Source of the DNA: Verrucomicrobiia bacterium
Lineage (GTDB): Bacteria; Verrucomicrobiota; Verrucomicrobiia; JADLBR01
Assembly: GCA_026646655.1 (NCBI GenBank)
Contig: JAPKHT010000008.1
Span: forward strand, 8,426-72,425
Direction: 5' to 3'
DNA: 64,000 nt
A program made the translations under genes and the position numbers. Every line of letters begins with the position of its first letter. The stretch's first letter is position 1. The notes under the pieces are model-generated. The model saw only the letters and a list, made by a program, of their open reading frames with translations. It did not search any database and was not told where the DNA came from. Below are positions 29,217-37,898 of the stretch, one piece after another.

Positions 29217-30935
29217 CATATGCTGTCACCAAGGATGATGCGGCAAGTGCGGAAGTGGTTCTGGCCCTTCATCATAGTCCTTTTCTGCGCCGGCGGCGTG
29301 GGGTTCTTTCTGGCATTGGGGTGGCTGAAACCCCAGTACCACAAAGTCCGCGCCGCCATGTACAACGACAGCGCGCGGAAGTTTTTGGAGCAGGGGGACA
29401 AGGAGTCGGCCCGCATCCAGTTGCAGAATTCCCTGCGCCATGACCCCGACCGTGCCGATACGTGGTCGATGTGGGCCGAGGTCCTGAGGGAACAGGGCGA
29501 CAAGCAGTACCTGTTTTTCTTGGCCAAGGCCTACGAGCTCAATTCGAGCGACGAGAAGTCCGCCATCGCCGCCCTGCGGGCCTGCGTCGAGAATCGCCGC
29601 GCCGACATCGCCAACCTGCTGCTCCAGAAGATCCTCAAGACGTTTCCCAACAATCCCGAGGTCTGGCATCTCACGGGCGTGCTGTTCCTGTCGCAGCAGC
29701 GCTATCCCGAGGGATATCAGGCGCTGAACAAGGCGAAGGAGTTGGCCCCCGATGACCAGCGCATCCAGGTCTCGATCGCCACGCTCGAATTGGTGTCCAG
29801 CGACCCGGCCATCTCGAAGCGCGGGCGCGAGAAGCTGGAGCAGCTCAGGGACAAGCCAGAGTTCTTCGCCGCGGCGACGCAGTCGCTCGCCGAGGCCACC
29901 TCGGTGCAAGATCCCGCCGCCGCCGTGAAACTCTGGGAGGAGGTCATCGCCAAGTCCCCCGACAACTGGGCCGCCCGGCTCAGGCGCCTCGATCTCCGCA
30001 GGAAGATCGAGCCAAACTCCTCCGAGGTCGAGATCGAGATCCTCTGGAAAATCGCCAAGACGGCGCCCCAGAGGCGCGACCTCATCGTGCGAACGGGCTC
30101 GTGGCTGGGCCCCGAGGCCGCCGTGCGGCGACTCGAGTTCCTGGACCCCGCCGAGCGCGACCAGCCCGAGACGCGCCTCATCGAGCTGGCGGTCTTCGCC
30201 TCGCAGAATCGCTGGGAAGAGGCCGCGGAATTGGCGCGGTCCGAGACCAAGAAGGTGGGCACCCCCGAGCAGCTCCTGAATTTCTGGCTCTGGCTGTGCC
30301 GGGCGCAGTTCCAGGTCAACGACTCCTCGAGCGCCCGCGTGACGGTGCGCAGCGCGGTGCAGCTGGTGGGCAACGACCACCAGCTCGCCTTCCGGGCCGG
30401 GGACACGCTGGAGCGCTGGAACATGTCTGAGCAGGCCCTCGAGTTCTACGCCATCGCCGAGACCTCGACGACCCGGCTCAAGTTGCTCGCGCTGACCCGC
30501 AGCCTCCGCATCCACGAGCGGCAGCGGGACACCGACAAGATGCTCGAGTGCTATGACAAGATGCTGGCCGTCTTGCCGGGCAACCTGGTGATCAAGAACA
30601 ACACCGCCGCCCTGCTGCTGCTGGGCAACAAGGATCTCGAGCGCGCGATGGGTCTCGCCAAGGAGGTCTACGAGCAGAAGCCGGACGAGATCAACGTCGC
30701 CGACACGTACGCCCGGGCCCTCGCGCTCAACGGCCGGGTTCAGGAGGCCGTGGCGGTCTATGCGAAGATGCCGGTGGACGCGTTCAAGCAGAGCGCGATC
30801 CGGCTCCATTACGCGGACGCGCTCCGGTTGGCCGGGCGCGTCGCGGAAGCCAAGCAGCAGGTGGCCGATCTCGACCCCCAGTCCCTGTTGCCCAAGGAGC
30901 AGGACGTCCTCAAGCGCATCAAGATTGCCGACTGA
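29217..30935 (+). CDS. Membrane-anchored tetratricopeptide-repeat protein
   Basis: An N-terminal TM helix (WFWPFIIVLFCAGGVGFFLALGWL) is followed by ~550 aa of TPR-like helical repeats. GC is moderately reduced. Confidence 0.6.
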   Translation, partial: HMLSPRMMRQVRKWFWPFIIVLFCAGGVGFFLALGWLKPQYHKVRAAMYNDSARKFLEQGDKESARIQLQNSLRHDPDRADTWSMWAEVLREQGDKQYLFFLAKAYELNSSDEKSAIAALRACVENRRADIANLLLQKILKTFPNNPEVWHLTGVLFLSQQRYPEGYQALNKAKELAPDDQRIQVSIATLELVSSDPAISKRGREKLEQLRDKPEFFAAATQSLAEATSVQDPAAAVKLWEEVIAKSPDNWAARLRRLDLRRKIEPNSSEVEIEILWKIAKTAPQRRDLIVRTGSWLGPEAAVRRLEFLDPAERDQPETRLIELAVFASQNRWEEAAELARSETKKVGTPEQLLNFWLWLCRAQFQVNDSSSARVTVRSAVQLVGNDHQLAFRAGDTLERWNMSEQALEFYAIAETSTTRLKLLALTRSLRIHERQRDTDKMLECYDKMLAVLPGNLVIKNNTAALLLLGNKDLERAMGLAKEVYEQKPDEINVADTYARALALNGRVQEAVAVYAKMPVDAFKQSAIRLHYADALRLAGRVAEAKQQVADLDPQSLLPKEQDVLKRIKIAD

Positions 30936-30965
30936 GCGGGCTCGCCTCGTGGCGCGCGCATCCCA

Positions 30966-32027
30966 GTGAAGACCCCACGCATCGCATCCCCCGCCGATGC
31001 CCGGCAGGACATCGCGTGGATGCGTCGCGCCCTCGCGCTGGCGAGGCATGGGGTGGGACTGACTTCCCCCAACCCCGCCGTTGGGGCGGTGCTGGTCAGG
31101 GCGGGCCGGCTGATCGGACGGGGGTGGCATCGGCGGGCGGGCGGCGCCCACGCGGAGATCGAGGCCCTTGCCGATGCCCGCCGCCGCGGGTCCTCCGTGC
31201 GGGGCGCGACCCTCTATGTGACCCTCGAGCCATGCTCGACCCGCGGACGGACACCGCCCTGCACCGATGCGATCATCGCGGCCGGCGTGCGCCGCGTGGT
31301 CTTTGGCGCGACCGATCCCAACCCCCGGCACCGGGGGCGCGCCCGACGCATCCTCGAGCGCGGGGGGATCGCGGTCACCGGCGGGGTGCTGGCCGAAGAA
31401 TGCGCCGCGCTCAACCGCGCCTTTGGCCGGTGGATCACCACCGGCCGACCGTGGGTGATCGCCAAGATAGCCATGAGCGCCGATGGCCGCATCGCGCCGC
31501 CCCCGGGCCAATCGCGCAGGATCACCTCGGCGCCCGCGCTGCGCCGCGCGCACGAACTGCGCCGCTGGGCCGATGCCATCGTCGTCGGTGCCGCGACGGT
31601 CCGGGCCGATGACCCGGCCTTGACCGTGCGGCTCTGCCACCGCGCGCGACTGAAGCCCCAGCCCCTCCGCGTGGTCATGACCCGGTCCGGTCGCCTCCCG
31701 CGCACGGCGCGCCTCTTGACCGACGCCCTCAGGGACCGGACCCTGATCTATCGGAACCGCCCCTGGCGCGCGGTTCTGGAGGATCTGGGCCGCCGCGGCG
31801 TCACCGCCGTCCTGCTCGAGGGCGGGGGAAAACTCCTCGCCTCGGCATTCGATGCCGGCTGTGTGGATGAGATCGCTTTTTTCATCGCCCCGCGCATCCT
31901 CGGGGGACCCGCGCTGGCGATCGGCGCGGGGGGCTTTCTGGGCCGCGGCTTTTCGGTGCGCGACATGCGCGTCTCGCGGCTCGGGCCCGACGTGCTACTG
32001 GAGGGTTATGTTCACAGGGCTGGTTGA
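30966..32027 (+). CDS. ribD: Bifunctional diaminohydroxyphosphoribosylaminopyrimidine deaminase / 5-amino-6-(5-phosphoribosylamino)uracil reductase
   Basis: Deaminase zinc motifs HAEIEAL ... LEPCSTRGRTPPC are followed by the reductase domain. A GTG start at 30966 is assumed. Confidence 0.85.
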   Translation: MKTPRIASPADARQDIAWMRRALALARHGVGLTSPNPAVGAVLVRAGRLIGRGWHRRAGGAHAEIEALADARRRGSSVRGATLYVTLEPCSTRGRTPPCTDAIIAAGVRRVVFGATDPNPRHRGRARRILERGGIAVTGGVLAEECAALNRAFGRWITTGRPWVIAKIAMSADGRIAPPPGQSRRITSAPALRRAHELRRWADAIVVGAATVRADDPALTVRLCHRARLKPQPLRVVMTRSGRLPRTARLLTDALRDRTLIYRNRPWRAVLEDLGRRGVTAVLLEGGGKLLASAFDAGCVDEIAFFIAPRILGGPALAIGAGGFLGRGFSVRDMRVSRLGPDVLLEGYVHRAG

Positions 32028-32622
32028 AGGCATCGGCAGAATCGAATCGCTGGAGCGCCTGGCGTCCGGCACCCGGCTGATCGTCGATGCCGGGCGCATT
32101 GCGGATGGCCTGCGGGAGGGCGACAGCGTCGCCGTCAACGGCTGCTGCCTGACCGTCGTCGCGCGGGACACCGGGCGGCTGTGCTTCGACGTCTTGGCGG
32201 AGACCCTCCGCAGGACCAACCTCGGCGACGTCCGGCCCGGCGGGGCCGTCAACCTCGAGCGCGCCCTGGCCGCGGACGCGCGCCTCGGGGGACACTTCGT
32301 CAGCGGCCATATCGACGTCGCCGCGCCGATCCTTCGCTGGGAGCCGAGCGGGCCCGACTGGGTGCTCGACGTCGCCATCCCCGAGGGCGGCGACCGCTAT
32401 GTCGTCGAAAAAGGCAGCGCCGCCATCGATGGCATAAGCCTGACCATCGCGGCCGCCGAGCGGGGGCTCATGCGCTTCTGGATCATACCCCACACCCGCG
32501 AGGTCACCGCGCTGGCCGAGCGCCGCGCCGGCGACCGCGTCAACCTCGAATTCGACATACTGGCCAAGTACGTGGAAAAAATCTTGGCCTGCCGCTCCGA
32601 TCCGCCGATAAAGGGGGGGTGA
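32008..32622 (+). CDS. ribE: Riboflavin synthase alpha subunit
   Basis: It starts MFTGLVEGIG, the classic riboflavin synthase N-terminus, and contains two lumazine-binding repeats. It overlaps the ribD 3' end by 20 nt in a different frame. Confidence 0.85.
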   Translation: MFTGLVEGIGRIESLERLASGTRLIVDAGRIADGLREGDSVAVNGCCLTVVARDTGRLCFDVLAETLRRTNLGDVRPGGAVNLERALAADARLGGHFVSGHIDVAAPILRWEPSGPDWVLDVAIPEGGDRYVVEKGSAAIDGISLTIAAAERGLMRFWIIPHTREVTALAERRAGDRVNLEFDILAKYVEKILACRSDPPIKGG

Positions 32623-33338
32623 CAGAAAAGGCCGATGCGCTGAAGAACCTCCTCGTCCTGCAGGACCGGGATCGCCGCGTGCGGGAGCTGCAGCGCCAGC
32701 TCAAGGCGCTCCCCAGAGAGAAAGAAGCGCTGGATGCCCGCATCAAGGACCGCGGCGCCGCCCTCCAGCAGCACCGCCTCGAGGCCCAGCGCATCGAGAC
32801 CCAGCGCAAGGAGCTCGATCTCGAGGTCCAGTCGCACAAGCAGCAGATCGCCAAGTACAGGGGGCAGCAACTCCAGACTCGCAAGAACGACGAGTACGCC
32901 GCCCTGGGGCACGAGATCGAGCGCGCCGAGAAACGCATCATCGAGATCGAGGACCGCGAGCTGGAGCTGATGGAGAAGTTCGATGCCGCCCAGAAGGCCG
33001 TGGCCTCCGAGGCGGCCCAGGTCGCGGAGTTCGAGAAGGCCGTCCGCGCGCAGATCGCCGACGTGGAGCGCAAGCTCAAGGCGGTGGAATCCCAGATCGC
33101 GGAGGCGGAGGCGGAGCGGGAGGGCGCCCGTTCCTCCGTGCCGACGGACATCCTCAAGCGCTACCAGCGCATCCTGGACCACCGGGGCGACGCGGCGCTG
33201 GTCCCGCTGGTCCATGGCACGACGTGCGGCGGGTGCCACATGAAGGTCACCTCGCAGACCGCCCTGGACGTGAAGGCCGCGCGAGGCATCGTCGCCTGCG
33301 AGAACTGCGGGCGCATCCTCTACGATCCCGGGGAGTAG
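32619..33338 (+). CDS. Coiled-coil protein with a C-terminal C4 zinc ribbon (COG1579/DUF164-like)
   Basis: A long coiled-coil (LKALPREKEALDARIKDRGAALQQHRLEAQRIETQRKEL...) ends with CGGCHMKVTSQ...CENCGRILY. The GTG start at 32619 overlaps the ribE stop as GTGA. Confidence 0.6.
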   Translation: MTEKADALKNLLVLQDRDRRVRELQRQLKALPREKEALDARIKDRGAALQQHRLEAQRIETQRKELDLEVQSHKQQIAKYRGQQLQTRKNDEYAALGHEIERAEKRIIEIEDRELELMEKFDAAQKAVASEAAQVAEFEKAVRAQIADVERKLKAVESQIAEAEAEREGARSSVPTDILKRYQRILDHRGDAALVPLVHGTTCGGCHMKVTSQTALDVKAARGIVACENCGRILYDPGE

Positions 33339-33391
33339 CGCGACCCGATCCCCGCCGGCCATCCGCCCCGTTGCCCGAAAGGCTCATCATC

Positions 33392-33634
33392 ATGGACCCA
33401 GAGATCCACGGCCACGAGGTCATGCGGATGATGGTGGACAGCGGGGCGGAATACACCCGCGCGAGCCTGCGCCAGGCCATCATCGCGCGATTCGGCGCGG
33501 GGGCGCGATTCCGCACCTGCTCCGCGGAGGGCATGACCGCCGACCAGCTCATCGATTTCCTCGGCGCCCGGGGGAAGTTCGTGGACTGCGGCGCGGGCTT
33601 CTCCACCTCGCCCGATAAGATCTGCGACCACTGA
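33392..33634 (+). CDS. YecH-like small metal-binding protein (DUF2492)
   Basis: An 80-aa protein, MDPEIHGHEVMRMMVDSG ... FRTCSAEGMTADQLIDFLGARGKFVDCGAGFSTSPDKICDH, matching the DUF2492 pattern. Confidence 0.6.
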   Translation: MDPEIHGHEVMRMMVDSGAEYTRASLRQAIIARFGAGARFRTCSAEGMTADQLIDFLGARGKFVDCGAGFSTSPDKICDH

Positions 33635-33704
33635 GAACCCAAGATGTCGCTGCGTTCGCCGGACCGTGGCAACGATCCCCGGCAGCTGCCGGTCCAGGTG
33701 GGCC

Positions 33705-33765
33705 ATATCGGAAATGCCCGGGGCCGAACGCGTGAGCGCCTGGCCAAGCGCCCGGGCCGCGTGGC
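33705..33765. repeat. REP-like intergenic repeat, degenerate copy 3
   Basis: GGCCGAACGCGTGAGCGCCTGGCCAAGCGCCCGGGCCGCGTGGCC shares the GCCGAACGCGTGAGCG core with copies 1 and 2. It lies between convergent genes. Confidence 0.4.
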
Positions 33766-33766
33766 C

Positions 33767-34189
33767 CTATGGCTCCCCGACGACCGCCACGGAAATGGTC
33801 CGCCGATGGGGGACGCGCCGGTGCTCGAACAGGAAGATGCCCTGCCACGTGCCGAGGCACAGGCGGCCGGCCTCGACCGGGATGTTCTCCGAAGTGCGGG
33901 TGAGCGCCATCCGTATGTGCGCGGGCATGTCGTCGGGTCCCTCCAGGTCGTGCGCGAACCACGTCGCCCCATCCGGCACCAGCCGCCCGAAGAAAGTCTC
34001 CAGATCCTCGCGCGCCGTGGCGTCCGCGTTCTCGAAGATGACCAGGCTGGCGCTGGTGTGCGCGACGAAAACGGTGGCGACGCCCGTCCGCACGCCGCTG
34101 CGGCCCACGACCTCGCCGATCTGCCCCGTGATCTCGTAGGTGCCCCGGCCGCGGGTGGCGACGGAGAACGTCTCTGCGTGTGCGGCCAT
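33767..34189 (-). CDS. YjbQ/UPF0047 family protein (secondary thiamine-phosphate synthase-like), paralog 1
   Basis: A ~140-aa protein with YjbQ signature regions (GRGTYEIT ... ATVFVAHTSASLVIFEN ... AHIRMALT ... GTWQGIFLFEH). The ATG is at 34187-34189. Confidence 0.65.
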   Translation of the reverse strand: MAAHAETFSVATRGRGTYEITGQIGEVVGRSGVRTGVATVFVAHTSASLVIFENADATAREDLETFFGRLVPDGATWFAHDLEGPDDMPAHIRMALTRTSENIPVEAGRLCLGTWQGIFLFEHRRVPHRRTISVAVVGEP

Positions 34190-34200
34190 GGCCGGACCCC

Positions 34201-35502
34201 TCAGGCGATTCGCTCGATCCGCGCCCCCAGGCCGCGCAGCCGCTCGTCGATCCGCGTGAACCCGCGGTCGATCTGATCGACGTTCTGGATCTCCGACTCG
34301 CCCTCCGCGCACAGCGCCGCGATCAGCATCGCCATGCCCGCGCGGATGTCCGGGCTCGCCACCCTCGCGCCGCGGAGCCGCTCCTTCCCGATGACCACCG
34401 CCCGGTGCGGGTCGCACAGCACGATCCGCGCCCCCATCTGGATCAGGTTGTCGACAAAGAACAGCCGCGACTCGAACATCTTCTCGTGGATCAGGACCGT
34501 GCCCCTGCACTGGGTCGCGGTGACGAGGGTGACCGAGGTCATGTCGGCGGGAAAACCCGGCCAGGGCGCGTCATCGAACTCCGGTATGGCCCCGCCCTGG
34601 TCCGGCCTGACCTCCATCGTTTGCCCCCGGGGCACGTACAGCGCGCCGTCCTGCTCGACGGTCTTGATGCCCAGCCTGTCGTAGTTGAACCGGATCATGC
34701 GCAGGTCCTCGAAGATCGCGTCCTCGATGACGAGGTCGCCGCCCGTGACGGCCGCCAGCGCGATGAAGCTGCCCACCTCGAGGTAGTCCGGCCCCACGCG
34801 GTGCTCTGCGCCCCGGAGCGAATCGACGCCCTCGATGCGCAGGAGGTTGGTGCCCACCCCGTCGATCCGCGCGCCCATGCGCTCCAGCATGCGGCATAGG
34901 CCCTGCACGTGCGGTTCGCTCGCCGCGTTGCGGAGCACGGTCTCGCCCTTGGCCAGCACGGCCGCCGAGATGATGTTCTCCGTGGCGGTGACGGACGCCT
35001 CGTCCAGAAGGATGTCCGCGCCCTCGAGGCCGTCGGTCTCGAGGAGATACCCGAATGGCAGGGCCTCGATCTTGGCCCCGAGGGCCTGGAACCCGAGAAG
35101 GTGCGTGTCCAGGCGCCTGCGCCCGATGCGGTCGCCGCCCGGCTTCGGCAGGATGGCGCGCCCCGTGCGGGCCAGCAGCGGGCCGGCGAGCGTGACCGAG
35201 CCCCGCAGCTTTCCGGCGAGGTCGAGCGGCACGTCGGAATCGGGCGGGGCCGCGCAGGTCACCCGCAGCCGCGAGTTGCCATCGAGGCGCTCGACGGTGA
35301 CGCCCAGCGACTCCAGCAACTGCAGCATGACCCGCACGTCGTGGATGTCCGGGACGTTGTCCAGGACCACGGGTTCCCCCGTCAGGATGCTCGCGGCCAG
35401 GATCGGCAGCGCCTCATTCTTGTTCCCCTGCGGGCGTATCCGCCCGCAGAGCGGCTTGCCCCCGACCACCCGAAACGACTCCCGGCGCACTCCCTCGGCC
35501 AT
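34201..35502 (-). CDS. murA: UDP-N-acetylglucosamine 1-carboxyvinyltransferase
   Basis: Full-length colinear MurA with the motifs GNKNEALP, active-site-loop Cys/Asp context and two EPT domains. Confidence 0.9.
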   Translation of the reverse strand: MAEGVRRESFRVVGGKPLCGRIRPQGNKNEALPILAASILTGEPVVLDNVPDIHDVRVMLQLLESLGVTVERLDGNSRLRVTCAAPPDSDVPLDLAGKLRGSVTLAGPLLARTGRAILPKPGGDRIGRRRLDTHLLGFQALGAKIEALPFGYLLETDGLEGADILLDEASVTATENIISAAVLAKGETVLRNAASEPHVQGLCRMLERMGARIDGVGTNLLRIEGVDSLRGAEHRVGPDYLEVGSFIALAAVTGGDLVIEDAIFEDLRMIRFNYDRLGIKTVEQDGALYVPRGQTMEVRPDQGGAIPEFDDAPWPGFPADMTSVTLVTATQCRGTVLIHEKMFESRLFFVDNLIQMGARIVLCDPHRAVVIGKERLRGARVASPDIRAGMAMLIAALCAEGESEIQNVDQIDRGFTRIDERLRGLGARIERIA

Positions 35503-35592
35503 GACGCGCATTCTTGCCCGTCCCGCGGGCCGGGTCGAGGCTCAAAATCGGAACGGGTTGAAACGCCCCGCCGGGATCCTATAAAGGTCCGC

Positions 35593-36009
35593 ATGAAATC
35601 CCATCGCAAGGAACTCTGGTTTCAGGTGCCATCCCGCCGGGCGCTGCTCAACATCACCCCGCAGGTCGAGGAGGCCGTCCGCGCCAGCGGCGTGACGGAG
35701 GGGCTGGCCCTCGTGAACGCGATGCACATCACCGCCAGCGTCTTCATCAACGATGACGAATCTGGGCTGCACCAGGATTTCGAGGATTGGCTCGAGAGGC
35801 TCGCCCCCGAGAAGCCCTACTCGCAGTACCGCCACAACGGCGCGGAGGATAATGCCGACGCGCACCTCAAGCGCACCATCATGGGGCGCGAGGTGGTCGT
35901 GGCCATCACCGGCGGTCGGCTGGACCTCGGCCCCTGGGAGCAGATCTTCTACGGCGAGTTCGACGGCAAGCGCCGCAAGCGCGCGCTGGTCAAGATCATC
36001 GGGGAGTGA
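35593..36009 (+). CDS. YjbQ/UPF0047 family protein, paralog 2
   Basis: A 138-aa protein ([12 protein letters not shown] ... [15 protein letters not shown] ... [13 protein letters not shown]). It is divergent from murA and upstream of the SDR gene. Confidence 0.65.
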   Translation: MKSHRKELWFQVPSRRALLNITPQVEEAVRASGVTEGLALVNAMHITASVFINDDESGLHQDFEDWLERLAPEKPYSQYRHNGAEDNADAHLKRTIMGREVVVAITGGRLDLGPWEQIFYGEFDGKRRKRALVKIIGE

Positions 36010-36040
36010 GGCGCCCGTGGTGTCCAAGGCCGAAAGGGGA

Positions 36041-36721
36041 ATGCGTCGCCAGATTGTCCTCACGGGGGCGACGCGGGGCTGTGGGCGGGCGCTGGCGCGG
36101 GCGTTCGCGGCGGAGGGGCACACCGTCGTCGGCTGCGGGCGCACCCGCGCGGCCGTCGACGAATTGCGCGGGGCCCTGGGCGGGCCGCACCGCTTTGACG
36201 CGGTCGACGTGTCCGATTCGGCGGCCGTCGCGGCCTGGGCGACCTCCGTCCTGGAGACGCACGGCGCGCCCGACCTGCTGGTCAACAATGCCGCCATCAT
36301 CGCCCGCAATGCGCCCCTGTGGGAGGTCCCGGCCGACGAGTTTGGCGCCGTCATCGACGTGAACATCAAGGGCGTGGCCCACGTCATCCGCGCGTTCGTA
36401 CCCGCCATGGTGGCGGCAGGGCGGGGCGTCATCGTGAACATCAGCTCGGGCTGGGGGCGCTCCGTGGCGCCCGAGGTCGCGCCCTACTGCGCCACGAAGT
36501 GGGCCATCGAGGGCATGACCAAGGCGCTCGCCGAGGAATTGCCCAGGGGCATGGCCGCGATCCCGCTCAACCCCGGCATCATCGACACCGACATGCTCCG
36601 CACTTGCTGGGCCGATGGCGCGGCCTCATTCCCGAAGCCCGAGGCATGGGCCCGGCGCGCCGCGCCCTTCATCCTGCGCCTCGGACCGTCCGACAATGGA
36701 AAATCGCTCAGCGTGAGTTGA
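36041..36721 (+). CDS. Short-chain dehydrogenase/reductase (SDR) family oxidoreductase
   Basis: TGATRGCGRALA (a TGxxxGxG-like NAD(P) motif), NNAA, and a catalytic S ... YxxxK (YCATK). An AAGGGG SD lies 6 nt before the ATG at 36041. Confidence 0.75.
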   Translation: MRRQIVLTGATRGCGRALARAFAAEGHTVVGCGRTRAAVDELRGALGGPHRFDAVDVSDSAAVAAWATSVLETHGAPDLLVNNAAIIARNAPLWEVPADEFGAVIDVNIKGVAHVIRAFVPAMVAAGRGVIVNISSGWGRSVAPEVAPYCATKWAIEGMTKALAEELPRGMAAIPLNPGIIDTDMLRTCWADGAASFPKPEAWARRAAPFILRLGPSDNGKSLSVS

Positions 36722-37541
36722 AAATATGGCAGAAACCATGAGGCTCTGGCGGCCCAATGCCGCCGCGTTCGGGCACGAAAATTTTCCCGCGTCTGGGGTG
36801 ATCTATTCGATGACGACGCAGCTCATGACGGGAAAATCTGGCACGTCGAAGACGGTCCGCCGATCGATGGTCTTTGCCGTCAGGGGTGCCCCCGTGACCG
36901 CATCGAAGGCGCGGGCGACGTCGCCATGCCCCGCGTCCAGTTCGATCGTGACTCCCGCGCAGGCCGGGGGAGCGGTGCCCGCGGGAATCCCCGGGCCCTC
37001 GCGCGACGACCGGAACCAGCCGAAGGCGTTGACGAGGCAGACGGCGGTCCGCCCGGAACCGGGCTCGCGATAGAACACCGCGTGCCAGTTGGGCGTCGTT
37101 GATCGTGGCGACAGGCACATGTTCCTCCTTCATGGCCTCGAACGCGCCCAAGATCGGCGCAGACAGCTCGGTCCAGAGGGCTCGGGGGTCGGCGATGCGC
37201 GCATCGCGCGGCCGCTCGCCCACGTGGATGAGGGCATGCCTGATGACGCGCGCGCGCGCGAGGCGAGGTGAGACCTTGGCGCCAAGGGCATAGGACGGTT
37301 CATAGATCTTGAGCGCCCCGGCCCGGAGCTCGGTGGAGCGCCGCTCCCTCAGGCCCTCGGGATGGATCGAGGCGATGCATCCATAGGCAACCGAGGCCGC
37401 GGCCGAGAAAAGCGCCTCCTGTTCCGTCCGCGTTGGAGGGATCCACATCAGGGGCGGCCTGCCATCGCACGAGTCCCGCGTGAAACTCCAGCCCAGCGCG
37501 TTTTGCGCGTCGTACTCGGGAATCGCGAAAGTCGCACCCAT
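36708..37541 (-). pseudogene. Hypothetical protein gene with an apparent frameshift near 37100. The N-terminal ~150 aa are in one frame and the C-terminal ~100 aa in another
   Basis: The frame of ORF 36708..37571 is protein-like from MGATFAIPEY... to ...HVPVATINDAQ, then turns Arg-rich. ORF 36803..37120 in a second frame continues protein-like (TPNWHAVFYREPGSGRTAVCLVNAFGW ... VIE). Confidence 0.35.
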
Positions 37542-37898
37542 GAAACCCTGCCGCCTCGAGCTCCCCTCCACGCCTGCTGCCGCGGGCGCGCGCCGCGGGT
37601 GCGGCCAATTTCAGGAGCCATCCCACCGCCAGCGATCTATTCTCCAGAATCACGGGCACCATTTTTCCCGCCCATGGCCCCGCGTCGATGAGATTCTCGC
37701 CAGCGGGAATGCGCCGCCCGCGGATGCGCGGGTGGGCCCATGCGTGTCTCAAATTCTCCGGCCCGCGCTATGCATCCCATATGATCCCTGGCGATGAGCG
37801 CGGCAGACTGGACACGATGTGCGCCATGGCCGTCACCGCACCACCGGGAGGCTGCGTGTGCCTCAGGCTCACGAGTATCCAAGAGTGAGGGCGCGCGG

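Noticed and set aside
37300-37797. ORFs 37300..37752 (minus), 37362..37691 (plus), 37480..37797 (plus)
   Set aside because: They are short, mutually overlapping, Arg/Pro/Gly-rich frames in the divergent intergenic region between the frameshifted gene and the first sulfatase. None is protein-like.
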